A stretch of 64,000 nt of DNA, from positions 2,946 through 66,945 of the forward strand of contig CAYQOX010000023.1 of assembly GCA_964419335.1 (NCBI GenBank), in the 5' to 3' direction. Under the pieces are notes generated by a model. That model ran no database searches. It was not told the DNA's origin and saw only the letters and a program-made list of their open reading frames with translations. The position numbers and the translations under genes are program-made. The stretch is from an uncultured bacterium (GTDB lineage Bacteria; Hinthialibacterota; Hinthialibacteria; Hinthialibacterales; Hinthialibacteraceae). The first letter of the stretch is position 1. The number at the start of each line of letters is the position of its first letter. Below are positions 37,081 through 46,672 of this stretch, in pieces.

Positions 37081-37912
37081 AATCAACGGTTTCCAAATCA
37101 CCACCTATGGCTTTCTTATCGCTTGTGCCTTCGCCACTCTGTGGCTTTTGTCAATGCGGCGCGGAGTGAAACTCGGCTATCGAGAAGAATTCATCCAAAA
37201 CATTTTAATGATCACCGTGATCTGCGCTTTTCTCTTCGCCCGATTGTTACATATAATCGTGGATTGGGAATTTTATCTTAAGTACCCTTGGAAGATACTC
37301 TTTTCCCGGGAAGGTTTTATTTTTTTGGGCGGCTTTGTAGGTGCAGTAATTTGTATCTCCATTTACACTAAAAAACAAGGCTATTCAATTAACGGAGTCT
37401 CTGACTTATTCGCTCCCTATTTGGCACTGGCACAAGGAATTGGCCGTATTGGATGCACCCTATTTGGATGTTGTTACGGCAAAGTGTGCGGACCGGAATA
37501 CGGGGTACAATTTCCTCATGGCTCCCCCGCGTTTTACGAACACCTCTATCATGGTTTAATCTCCCAATCGGCGAAAGCCTCGTTGCCCGTTTATCCTACC
37601 CAAATATATCATTCTCTGTTCAACTTCGCCCATTTTGGAATTCTCCTTTGGATACGATCTAAGCAGACCTTTCGAGGGCAATTAGCCATGTGCTATTTAA
37701 TGATTTATGGCGTGGGACGTTTCGTGATTGAATTTTATCGGGGAGATCCCCGAGGTGAATACGGCCCTTTTTCGACCTCCCAAGTGATCAGCTTCACCAT
37801 GTTTCTCTGTGGAAGCATTGGGTATTGGATCCTCAAGCGAAAACAATTTCCCCCAGAAACCATCCAACCCACGCTCCCTGAGGCCTCCAACCCTCAGGAG
37901 ATAAAACAATGA
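37061..37912 (+). CDS. lgt: prolipoprotein diacylglyceryl transferase
   Basis: Starts MYPTLIEINGFQITTYGF. GRIGC and YRGDPRG Lgt motifs. ORF open from 36980 but ATG 37061 matches the family N-terminus (20-nt overlap with lspA). Confidence 0.88.
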   Translation: MYPTLIEINGFQITTYGFLIACAFATLWLLSMRRGVKLGYREEFIQNILMITVICAFLFARLLHIIVDWEFYLKYPWKILFSREGFIFLGGFVGAVICISIYTKKQGYSINGVSDLFAPYLALAQGIGRIGCTLFGCCYGKVCGPEYGVQFPHGSPAFYEHLYHGLISQSAKASLPVYPTQIYHSLFNFAHFGILLWIRSKQTFRGQLAMCYLMIYGVGRFVIEFYRGDPRGEYGPFSTSQVISFTMFLCGSIGYWILKRKQFPPETIQPTLPEASNPQEIKQ

Positions 37913-39573
37913 TCTCCACTGAAACCACCTCACGACCAAGAGACCGGCTCACTCTCTATCTCACTTTAAGCCTTGTGGTATTCATCGCCTATCTAGGTTT
38001 ACGCTCCCACACCTTCCTTGGCTATCTTGTGCACGATGATGGTCTTTTCTTATATGCAGGACAGGCTTGGGCGGGTGGAGAAGTCCCTTACCGCGACTTC
38101 TGGGATCATAAACCACCGGGGATATTCTTCTTTCATTCTCTGCCCTTACGTTTATTTCCTTTTTCTTTATGGGCGGTCAAACTTCATCTGCTATTGTGGT
38201 TAACCGCCTGCGCTGTATTATTGTATGCTTTATTACGGCGTTTCTTTCACCGCAGCGCTTCTTTCCTTGGGATTGCATTTTTCATCCTCTATACCAGTTA
38301 CTTTTATACGATTCGCTCCGGAGGTCTCACGGAAGAATGTGCCCTCTTCTGGGTCATTCTCAGTTATTGGTTAATAACGCGGCCAAAAGGAAAACTTTGG
38401 CGCAACGCGCTTTACTCAGGAATCGCACTAGGGTTGGCGATACAATTTCGACAAACCTACGTCTTTGAATCGCTCTTTCCCATAGGTGGGTTGGGGTATT
38501 CCATGTTACGTAAGCAGATTTTCTGGAGAACCGGCAGCGGTGCGATTGTAACTTTTTGCCTTGGGATGATCCTTCCTGAAATCATCATCTCATCCTATTT
38601 CCTGCTGCAAGGCTGCTGGTGGTCCTATCTCGAAGCGAGCTACTTATCCAATTTCTCCTATGTCGGTGAACGTCCAGATCATACTTGGAATGAAATTTAT
38701 TCCATTTTCAAGGAATCCATTTTCTCCACCGGTCCTTATCTATATACGCCTTTGCTCGCTTTCATCGCCATGATTTGGCAGCGTCAAGAAGTGCGTTGGT
38801 TGCTCCTTCCATTACTGCTTGTTTTTGTCGGGGATCTCTTTTCCATCACTCTGAGTGGGGAATACTACAGTCATTATTTTGTTCAAGGAGCAGTCACTTT
38901 CGCCTTTTTGCTAACGTTTTTCTTTGATGGGATTGAACAGAGAATAAAGCAAATCAAGGCATTGAACTATAAGAATCTCCTTTTTTCATTGGCCACCTTG
39001 ATTCTCGCAATTATGACATTGTATCCCGCATACACCGGCTTGCGTAATTATATTTCGGACTATCGATTCATCCTTGAGGAAGTCAGTACAAAAGAGCGGA
39101 TGTACGCGATGCAACAAAGCGTCGCCGAAGCTGCACAGCAGATCACCTCGCCCGAAGATCGCATTTTACTCTTGGGACAACGCCCTAACTCCGTCTATTT
39201 CTTCGCAAAACGCTATGCAGGCTCACGCTATTATCATTACTCCCCAATATGGAAACCCAAACTGCGCAAGGCTCTTAAGGACTGGCAAAAAGAAGAATTT
39301 ATGCAGGATTTACGAGAGTACAAGCCATCCTTACTTCTGGTCGATCTCCGTGCCCGCGACTTACGAGAATTGGCAGAACTCAACCCGGATGAACGCAGCC
39401 GCTTGGATTTTTTACCCGGCTTTCGTGAGTATATAATCGAACATTATGTGCCCTTTGAAGAAGCCATCGAGAGAGCCCCTGAGGATTGGTTTTGGTATGG
39501 CTACCGATTGATTTTTCTTATCCGCAAAGATCACACCGATGAAATGAAAAAACGCTTTCTATCCTCCAACTAA
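37909..39573 (+). CDS. GT-C fold glycosyltransferase (ArnT/PMT, GT39/GT83-like)
   Basis: 554 aa. DDGLFLYAGQAW...PYRDFWDHKPPGIFF first-loop motif, then >10 TM helices and a C-terminal soluble domain. 4-nt overlap with lgt. Confidence 0.75.
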   Translation: MISTETTSRPRDRLTLYLTLSLVVFIAYLGLRSHTFLGYLVHDDGLFLYAGQAWAGGEVPYRDFWDHKPPGIFFFHSLPLRLFPFSLWAVKLHLLLWLTACAVLLYALLRRFFHRSASFLGIAFFILYTSYFYTIRSGGLTEECALFWVILSYWLITRPKGKLWRNALYSGIALGLAIQFRQTYVFESLFPIGGLGYSMLRKQIFWRTGSGAIVTFCLGMILPEIIISSYFLLQGCWWSYLEASYLSNFSYVGERPDHTWNEIYSIFKESIFSTGPYLYTPLLAFIAMIWQRQEVRWLLLPLLLVFVGDLFSITLSGEYYSHYFVQGAVTFAFLLTFFFDGIEQRIKQIKALNYKNLLFSLATLILAIMTLYPAYTGLRNYISDYRFILEEVSTKERMYAMQQSVAEAAQQITSPEDRILLLGQRPNSVYFFAKRYAGSRYYHYSPIWKPKLRKALKDWQKEEFMQDLREYKPSLLLVDLRARDLRELAELNPDERSRLDFLPGFREYIIEHYVPFEEAIERAPEDWFWYGYRLIFLIRKDHTDEMKKRFLSSN

Positions 39574-39581
39574 TGGCTTTT

Positions 39582-39893
39582 CTACATTGTCGAACGACGA
39601 AAAACGCCCATCGGTTTTTGTCGTTGCATTGAGGGCTTATTTCTACGAAGCGCCGATTTGCGTATACCACGGCCGCGAATAAAGGCTGTTAATTTCTTCT
39701 TTTTCACGTACCATTCCAGGATCGCCACTGTGTTTTCATCGACAATGCGGCATACCGGTTTGGGTACAAAAATAAAATGATCCGGATTATCCAGATTAGG
39801 GCCCTCTGCATCGGTATAAAAACATATGTGATAATAGCGAGTCACTTCTTCTTCAAATATACCGTTAAGGATAATTTCTGATTTGTTTTGCAT
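39582..39893 (-). CDS. hypothetical small protein with basic C-terminal tail
   Basis: 103-aa ORF in an otherwise empty interval. No family recognised. Confidence 0.45.
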   Translation of the reverse strand: MQNKSEIILNGIFEEEVTRYYHICFYTDAEGPNLDNPDHFIFVPKPVCRIVDENTVAILEWYVKKKKLTAFIRGRGIRKSALRRNKPSMQRQKPMGVFRRSTM

Positions 39894-39941
39894 AGACCCC
39901 CCTGTCTCATTACTCCCAAGTTGTTACGCCGATATTTTTAT

Positions 39942-40700
39942 CTAACCTTTTTGGATGACGGCCATATTATGGCCGACTCCCGCGCCATCCCGACGGTAGG
40001 AAAAAAATCGGTGGTCTTTATAGGTACTTTCAGATGATATCTCAATCCAGTGGGATTTTACACCCATTTTTTCCAATTGATAAGCATTAATTCTTTTGAG
40101 ATCAAGAGTCCGGGTTTGAGGCAAAAAAGCCTCGCCAATATGCCCCCACTTGCGATAAAAAGGGCTCCAAACCTCTTCCCCAATTTCAAAGGTTTCACCG
40201 CAAATTCCCGGTCCAATCCAAACCAAAAGTTCCTCTGGATCCACCGTAAATTCTTCCACCATACGATGTACCGCCGCAGATGCAATCCCCTTCAAAGTTC
40301 CCCTCCATCCGGCATGAACAATGCCAATACATTGACCGGTTCTATGGGCGATGAATATCGGGAGACAATCAGCCACCAGAATCGCGAGAGGAATATGAGA
40401 ACAATCCGTGATAAGTGCATCGCCCTCACCGAGCTGTCCTTTCCCATTGCGGCGGCTTTCCTTAAATAAAGAGAAAGTCACTTTCCATATCCGCGTCCCA
40501 TGGACTTGATACACATGGGTTAAGTCTTGACTGTTTATCCCAATTTGTGAACACGCGGTTTGTCGTGCACGCTGCACCTCTCGATACTCACCTTGATTAA
40601 AACTAAAATTATCCAACGAAGAGCCCGTAGTCCCTGGGCCAAAAAAACCATGACGTATTGAAGTCACTTTTTTCAATAGATTGGATTGAATTAATTCCAT
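39942..40700 (-). CDS. pgeF: peptidoglycan editing factor PgeF (YfiH/DUF152, laccase-domain protein)
   Basis: IRHGFF, VADCLPIF, HAGWRGT and YSYRRDG motifs. GGTGGA SD before ATG 40700. ORF open to 40727. Confidence 0.86.
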   Translation of the reverse strand: MELIQSNLLKKVTSIRHGFFGPGTTGSSLDNFSFNQGEYREVQRARQTACSQIGINSQDLTHVYQVHGTRIWKVTFSLFKESRRNGKGQLGEGDALITDCSHIPLAILVADCLPIFIAHRTGQCIGIVHAGWRGTLKGIASAAVHRMVEEFTVDPEELLVWIGPGICGETFEIGEEVWSPFYRKWGHIGEAFLPQTRTLDLKRINAYQLEKMGVKSHWIEISSESTYKDHRFFSYRRDGAGVGHNMAVIQKG

Positions 40701-41093
40701 CGTATCTATTCCACCAAATGCGTTCATTGATACAATTGTATTCTCGTTCGCATCCAGGGAAAATGGACGGGATTATTTCTTGGATAACGAACTCCATGAA
40801 TCAATCGTATTTAAGATACAAGGCCTTTACGATTCAAATAAATAGAGGATGCTTGTAGATCAAGTATAATCAAGAAACCTAAGACTAACTTACCCAACGT
40901 TTCAGACGTTCCTCATTGTTTGGCTATCGTTTTTTTCGTACTTTTAGCCTTCTAAGTAATAACAAAGGTTGATGGAGCCTCCTCGACTAGGGTAAATTTA
41001 TTTTGTGCTCAGGTAGCGCTCTCATAAATAGAATTTAACGTTATAATGAAACGATTCTCACAATCTTAATATAGACGAACAAGTAAAAAACCT

Positions 41094-42230
41094 ATGAGAT
41101 CAAAACCAATTCGACCCATTCTCAACATACTTTGGATATTCTTTTTTTCGGTAGGGTTCCTCGTGCTTCAATCTTGTAACGATCCCGAACCCCAAGTAGA
41201 AACTCTTGATATTGAGCCTTTGGTTGAACAAAAAAAGTATGATGAAGCGATATCCACTTTAAAAAAAGCCTTGACCGAATTTCCTAAAAACACCGATCTG
41301 TTGTACAATCTCGCTGCCGTAGAACACATGCGTAGAAATATCAATGAAGCCTTACGCATTACCCAAAGAGCTTTGAACTATGCACCCAATGAAGATAACC
41401 TTCTCTTGCTGGCTTCCGAATTACATCTTGAGAATGGCCATGTTGAAGAAAGCCTGCAGTTTTTTAATCGTCTCAATGAACAGACACAACAAACCGCACG
41501 CGGGCAATGGTTATACGGTATTCTTCATTCCCATTTACGCCATTGGCAACAGGCTGAAGGGTGTTTTCGTGCAGCCATCTCTTTAGATGAATCCTCCAGC
41601 GCAGCGAAAGCCGCATTGGCTTTAAGCTTAATTCGGCAAAATCGCATCGATGAAGCCAAAGAAATTCTTCAAAACTTGGAAGATCAGGATCAACAATCAA
41701 GCGAAACCCTTCATCAAATGGCGGAATGTTATTTGCTTTTGGGGAATGCAGAAAAAGCGAAATCATTGGCGCAACAATTAGTGGAAGAACGTCCCAATGA
41801 TGCCCAGGTTTGGTCGCTGATGGGAAGAACTGAGATGATTCTGTTAAACTTTGGTGAATCAGAAAGCGCCTTTACTCGTGCGATTGCGGCGCCAAACTCC
41901 ATCCCCTGGCATAAGGTGCAATATGCAGAAATGCTTTTTGCGGCGCAACGTGAAGATGAAGCCTTGGCTCAAGCCTTGGAAGTGGAAGAAAAACTTTCCC
42001 AAAATGACATTCAAATCCACAATCCAACACTTTACAACCTGTTAGCGACCCTCTATGCCCGGAAAGGACAAATTTTACTGGCACGCAAATTCTTGAATCA
42101 ATCTCTTTTGATCGATACCAACCAACCAAAAGTACAACAGTTGATTCAGCAGATCAACCAAGCCGAAGAAGGAAATCTTCCAGAACAAACACCTCCCATG
42201 GATATTCCTTCAGCGACCGAAGAACCCTAA
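41094..42230 (+). CDS. TPR-repeat lipoprotein
   Basis: 378 aa. Signal peptide ending in lipobox LVLQSC. Repeated 34-aa TPR-like units throughout. Confidence 0.78.
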   Translation: MRSKPIRPILNILWIFFFSVGFLVLQSCNDPEPQVETLDIEPLVEQKKYDEAISTLKKALTEFPKNTDLLYNLAAVEHMRRNINEALRITQRALNYAPNEDNLLLLASELHLENGHVEESLQFFNRLNEQTQQTARGQWLYGILHSHLRHWQQAEGCFRAAISLDESSSAAKAALALSLIRQNRIDEAKEILQNLEDQDQQSSETLHQMAECYLLLGNAEKAKSLAQQLVEERPNDAQVWSLMGRTEMILLNFGESESAFTRAIAAPNSIPWHKVQYAEMLFAAQREDEALAQALEVEEKLSQNDIQIHNPTLYNLLATLYARKGQILLARKFLNQSLLIDTNQPKVQQLIQQINQAEEGNLPEQTPPMDIPSATEEP

Positions 42231-42255
42231 GTATTTTTAGAATCAGGTTTGATTC

Positions 42256-42771
42256 ATGGAAGAGAAACACATCTTAATCCAACGGGAAGATCTTACTCAA
42301 CGCATTCACCAACTCGCTCGGGAAATTAACCAAAGTTATACGCATGAAGAGGTGATCTTGGTCACTGTCTTAAAAGGGGGTGTCGTGTTTCTTGTGGATT
42401 TAATGAAAGAACTGCAAATGGATCTCGAACTCGCCTTTCTCTATCTATCCAGCTATGCCGGAGAAAAAAAACCCATCAGCAAAGTTCGTGAATATTCTTT
42501 ACCCTTCCCTTCCTTAAAGGATCGTCATGTTTTGCTTATCGAAGACATATTGGATACGGGGGCGAGTTTTTCCTACGCATGGAAACGATGTCAGGAACAG
42601 GTCCCTCGTTCTCTCAAATCTTGTGTTCTACTTGTGAAAGACCGGGATCGAGAAGTGGAAGTCCCTCCGATTGATTACTGCGGCTTTCATATTCCCAATG
42701 TATTTGTTGTAGGCTACGGGTTGGATTACCAAGAGAAATACAGAAACTTACCTTATATCGCTACCATGTAA
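42256..42771 (+). CDS. hpt: hypoxanthine phosphoribosyltransferase
   Basis: 171 aa. VLLIEDILDTG PRPP-binding motif. VVGYGLDY C-terminal motif. Confidence 0.9.
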   Translation: MEEKHILIQREDLTQRIHQLAREINQSYTHEEVILVTVLKGGVVFLVDLMKELQMDLELAFLYLSSYAGEKKPISKVREYSLPFPSLKDRHVLLIEDILDTGASFSYAWKRCQEQVPRSLKSCVLLVKDRDREVEVPPIDYCGFHIPNVFVVGYGLDYQEKYRNLPYIATM

Positions 42772-42786
42772 GAATGGAATGCATAG

Positions 42787-43260
42787 TTACCCCACGGTGG
42801 GATGGTTTTTTAACCAATGAAGAAAATAATCCGAGACAGGATGATGAGAGGCGGCGCGGATCAACTGCCGAATATCCTTTGCAGAAGGTAACAGCCCCCG
42901 AGAGGTAACATCCGGCCATCCCGCATAAGTGAAAGCCAGAATACGCTTTCCACTTGCGTTGTATAGTTTTACTTGTTTTCGATAATAACGTAAAGAAGAA
43001 ACCTCATAGAGTTCATCCAGTTTCTCCAAATCGCTTTCATCCATCGTATACAAAACCCCTTCTACTTGAGAGTTTGCCGATGGCATAATATTGGGTAAAC
43101 CTTGCCGTTCCATCCGCATCAGTTCATCACGCATTACATTGAATACTAATTGATAGCCCTTCAGGATGGCGGATTCGGTCGCATAGATGTTTATATGATG
43201 ACCGCGTAATTCCTCCGAATCCATGTGATGGTTATAGGCAAAATAATAGACCTTCTCCAT
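42787..43260 (-). CDS. gamma-glutamylcyclotransferase (AIG2/GGACT-like) family protein
   Basis: Starts MEKVYYFAYNHHMDSEEL (cf. YFAYGSNM motif), then conserved E in VEGVLY. The longer ORF to 43302 needs a TTG start without an SD. Confidence 0.7.
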   Translation of the reverse strand: MEKVYYFAYNHHMDSEELRGHHINIYATESAILKGYQLVFNVMRDELMRMERQGLPNIMPSANSQVEGVLYTMDESDLEKLDELYEVSSLRYYRKQVKLYNASGKRILAFTYAGWPDVTSRGLLPSAKDIRQLIRAASHHPVSDYFLHWLKNHPTVG

Positions 43261-43323
43261 ACCCAACCCTTTCTTTCGAACGGTGGAAGCTTTCCCAAGC
43301 AAGAAAACGATTTTTTATCGAGA

Positions 43324-45459
43324 TTAAAATGAGTCGTCGTTCGAGTAGGTGCGAATAACTCCTTCTTCTTGATTCGTACGACGGTTTGTTTGGTTAGAGT
43401 TCGAAGAACGCCCGCTATTATTTACGCGTTCACGCAGGCTCTTTGATTCCATCATCCCGGGTTGCATATTATGGGAAGTTGCGTTGGCAGAAACACCTTC
43501 ATCTTCCAGACGCTCCAAAGCTCTTTCGATGGCTTCCCGTTCGTGTTCTTCCTCGTCACTCCAATCCAAGAGGGCATCATCCACTTGGGTTTCAGCGAAC
43601 CCCGTCGCCCCACGTTCTTGTAATTCTCTCACTCGTTCAACATTGTCCACCATGGCAAACTCGTAAGGATCATCAATATTAACAATACGTGGCGTAATAA
43701 ATACAAGCAATTTTTGTTTGCTGCTGGAATCACTTCGGTTTTTAAATAGATTGCCAACGACAGGAATACTACTAAGAATAGGAACCCCAGAGTGGCTTTT
43801 ATTCATTGTCCGGTTTATAATGCCACCCAAGACAACAGTTCTTCCACTTTTTACCGTCGCTTGCGTGTTGATAAAAGAGCCATCAACCGCTAATCCCTCT
43901 CCGAGATTCGAAAGCTGAACCCGACGGCTGCGGGTATCTTCCATCCCAATGAACATTTCAATATATCCCGATTCTGATGAGTACACTTCCAAATCGATCT
44001 TCGTACCCACATCCCGGAATTGCTGGGTAAAATAATCCCCAGAACTATAACCACTCCCGTAATATCCCTGCTGCCGGGTGGCAAAAGGTTCTTGTGAACC
44101 AAGGACGAAAGAACCAATCCCACCATCTTGCACCAACAAGCGAGGACTCGCAATAATCTCGGCCACTTTCTTTTCTACCATCGCCTCGACTTGGAGCCGA
44201 TAGTTTCCTTCACGCACATCCAGAAGAGTTAAACCACTACCGGATGTCGATAAGAAAGGATTAAAAGAAAAGAAAGTAGTGGCACTACCAGTATTCGGGG
44301 CGGCAGGATTGCCGCCTTCACCGATATCGCTGCCAAAATCAGCGGAAGTTCCTAAAGAGAAAGATTTATCGTTATTGATTTGCACAATATCGGCTTCGAT
44401 CCAAATTTGTTGCGTAGGTATATCGATTTGCTTGATTAATTGAACGGCCTGTTCCACAACCGAAGGAATATCCCAAATAATGATACGGTTCGTCCGTGGA
44501 TCAAAATCCAAATAACCATATTCCGTAAGAAACCCTTCGATCAAAGGGAGAACATCCTCGGGCAGTGCGAAAGAAAGGGGAATAATAGCCGGTTCGATCG
44601 CCCGATCCAACTGCTCAATAATGGCCTGGGCACGATCCAAACGTTCAGGAGTATCGGTAATAATGATCTGGTTATTACGATAATCAATAAAAAGTTCCCC
44701 TTCAACCGTATTAACAACCCCCATCAATTGATCGGCGATTTCCTGGGCATTGGCATAACGAATACGAAAAACCCGCGTTTGCGTTTCCACATCCAACCGT
44801 TGAAGCATTTGCCTCATGTCTTCAATGACTTCGGGAATATCTTCTACAATAAGTTGCCCCGTATCGTAGTCGGTAATAAGACGCCCATCAGAACTGAGCA
44901 AATTTTCAAAAGCGGCTTGGACCTCTTCTATATTCTTGTAAACCGGACGAAAAGTATAACGCATCAAATCAACTGGAACCGCTTTTTCTTGAGCGATGGT
45001 TTGTGCATCCCCCACCCGGATCACTCCACTCTCAAGCACCATATAATCCAACCCATTGGAAGGAAGGACGGTTTCTAATACCTCGCGAAGGGTTGGCCGT
45101 TCCAAACTAAAAGTCACCTTTTGGTTAATTCCACTATCCGTGATAATCTCAACCCCGGCTTGTTGCCCTACAAATTGAAGAATTTGAGTCAAATCATTAT
45201 TACGGGCAGCGACAGTTCCCGGAATGGTCGCATCCAGATTGGGACCTCGTCCACGACCTGTTTGTGCGGCTTCGGCTTCAGCCTCTTGCTGGGAGTCACC
45301 TTCTTGTTGAGGTTGAGCCCCTTGCTGTGGGGCTTCTTGTTGATTGGCATTGGCGGGTGTTGGGCGAGGTAAATTTTGTTGTTGAGCGAAACAAACTCCA
45401 GTCCCAATCGCGATATACAGTAGTAAATATACAGATAGTCTTGATATTGAATGATTCAC
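43324..45459 (-). CDS. gspD: secretin (GspD/PilQ family)
   Basis: 711 aa. Signal peptide, Gln/Glu-rich linker, N0-N3-like repeats. C-terminal secretin domain (VVLGGII...GVPILSSIPVVGNLF...LLVFITPRIV). Confidence 0.9.
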   Translation of the reverse strand: MNHSISRLSVYLLLYIAIGTGVCFAQQQNLPRPTPANANQQEAPQQGAQPQQEGDSQQEAEAEAAQTGRGRGPNLDATIPGTVAARNNDLTQILQFVGQQAGVEIITDSGINQKVTFSLERPTLREVLETVLPSNGLDYMVLESGVIRVGDAQTIAQEKAVPVDLMRYTFRPVYKNIEEVQAAFENLLSSDGRLITDYDTGQLIVEDIPEVIEDMRQMLQRLDVETQTRVFRIRYANAQEIADQLMGVVNTVEGELFIDYRNNQIIITDTPERLDRAQAIIEQLDRAIEPAIIPLSFALPEDVLPLIEGFLTEYGYLDFDPRTNRIIIWDIPSVVEQAVQLIKQIDIPTQQIWIEADIVQINNDKSFSLGTSADFGSDIGEGGNPAAPNTGSATTFFSFNPFLSTSGSGLTLLDVREGNYRLQVEAMVEKKVAEIIASPRLLVQDGGIGSFVLGSQEPFATRQQGYYGSGYSSGDYFTQQFRDVGTKIDLEVYSSESGYIEMFIGMEDTRSRRVQLSNLGEGLAVDGSFINTQATVKSGRTVVLGGIINRTMNKSHSGVPILSSIPVVGNLFKNRSDSSSKQKLLVFITPRIVNIDDPYEFAMVDNVERVRELQERGATGFAETQVDDALLDWSDEEEHEREAIERALERLEDEGVSANATSHNMQPGMMESKSLRERVNNSGRSSNSNQTNRRTNQEEGVIRTYSNDDSF

Positions 45460-45514
45460 GCGAAACCATCCCCCTTCTCAATTAGGCCTTGATGAAATGA
45501 TAAAATTGCTTATG

Positions 45515-46045
45515 TCATTGAACCATCGTGGTTATATACCCTGTGGTCCCGCTAGCGACATGTTGAATCTTAACTCGTTGATCGTCAAAACCCTTTGACT
45601 CAACAGAAAGAATCTTGAAATCCCCATTCACGGGATCTGAACAAACTTCACCGACTTTTTTCGTAAAATCTTCATTCTTATGATTACGTAATATCACCAT
45701 ATTCCCCATCGCCATAACAATCTTCCAATTTTTCCCTGGAACCACCGGCGTGGGCGTTGGTTCGGGTTTAGGAGTCGGAGTCGGTTTAGCTTTCCATTTC
45801 GCAAGCGCAACAAAGGCCTTGGTTTTACTAAACGTCAAGTTGTTTTCCCGCTGATCGATGATGGCTTCTTCATTCCGTTGCTCGATCACATCATCAGGAT
45901 TCACAACTTGATTTTGATATTTGGCAGTCGGATCATAATCGCGATTATTCATATAATCCCGAATTTGAAATGCCAAAACCACAGAAGAACCAATGAGTGT
46001 AAGCAATAGAATCGTATACGTTAGAATGATTTGATTCTGTTTCAT
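45515..46045 (-). CDS. GspC/PilP-like inner-membrane-anchored protein
   Basis: 176 aa. N-terminal TM helix, Pro/Thr-rich linker (KPTPTPKPEPTPTP), small C-terminal beta domain. Position immediately upstream of the secretin. Confidence 0.5.
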   Translation of the reverse strand: MKQNQIILTYTILLLTLIGSSVVLAFQIRDYMNNRDYDPTAKYQNQVVNPDDVIEQRNEEAIIDQRENNLTFSKTKAFVALAKWKAKPTPTPKPEPTPTPVVPGKNWKIVMAMGNMVILRNHKNEDFTKKVGEVCSDPVNGDFKILSVESKGFDDQRVKIQHVASGTTGYITTMVQ

Positions 46046-46656
46046 GATGTTTCCCTATCCTCGGGAGCCTCTCCTTCACGATATTCAATCAAACGGGATA
46101 TGTGCATATCGACCATCAACAAACTGGTATCAGCATTAGGATTATTTCCCACATTCCGGCGATTCATCCCCATGCTGCCGTTATCATGCATTTGGTTGTC
46201 AATACGAAGAAAATCGACTTCCATGACTTTCGATTTTCTTTCAATGGAATACAGAAGTTGACCCAGCTGTAATGGAGTGCACTCAATATCATCAATTTGG
46301 TAAGTGATGATTTTAAAGTCATCTTCAGTTTGATGCTGCTTGGGTTGAATTCGTTGTCCTTTAATCCCTGTTTTTTCAAAGATTTCAGACAATGTTTGTC
46401 GAATCGCAATTTCCTGCTGAGTATCACTCCCAGGGAGTTTTAATTCTTCTTCCATTTCATCAAATTTGGCTTTGATTTCGATGGCTTCACTTTGGACATC
46501 AAGTAGTTGTTCGATTTTATCCGACGTATCGGTCAAATCATCGTTAAGGACCAACCAGGTTTCACCCAAGCTACGATAAGCATAGATGCCACCAAAACCA
46601 AGAGCAAGCAACAGTGTAATAACAAATAAATATTTTTCACTTTTGGTTTTAAACAT
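46042..46656 (-). CDS. GspM/PilO-like protein
   Basis: 204 aa. Single N-terminal TM helix, coiled-coil, ferredoxin-like C-terminus. Position after the PilM/N-like gene. 4-nt overlap downstream. Confidence 0.55.
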   Translation of the reverse strand: MFKTKSEKYLFVITLLLALGFGGIYAYRSLGETWLVLNDDLTDTSDKIEQLLDVQSEAIEIKAKFDEMEEELKLPGSDTQQEIAIRQTLSEIFEKTGIKGQRIQPKQHQTEDDFKIITYQIDDIECTPLQLGQLLYSIERKSKVMEVDFLRIDNQMHDNGSMGMNRRNVGNNPNADTSLLMVDMHISRLIEYREGEAPEDRETS

Positions 46657-46672
46657 TATGAACCTCTATTTC

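Noticed and set aside
44440-45078. Long antisense ORFs inside well-supported genes (for example 44440-45078 in gspD, 9556-9858 in ftsH, 25224-25601 in the kinase, 56614-56997 in the ABC-F gene, 40050-40469 in pgeF)
   Set aside because: Each lies opposite a gene with clear family motifs and shows shadow-frame composition (Arg/Ser/Pro/Ile-rich) without motifs.
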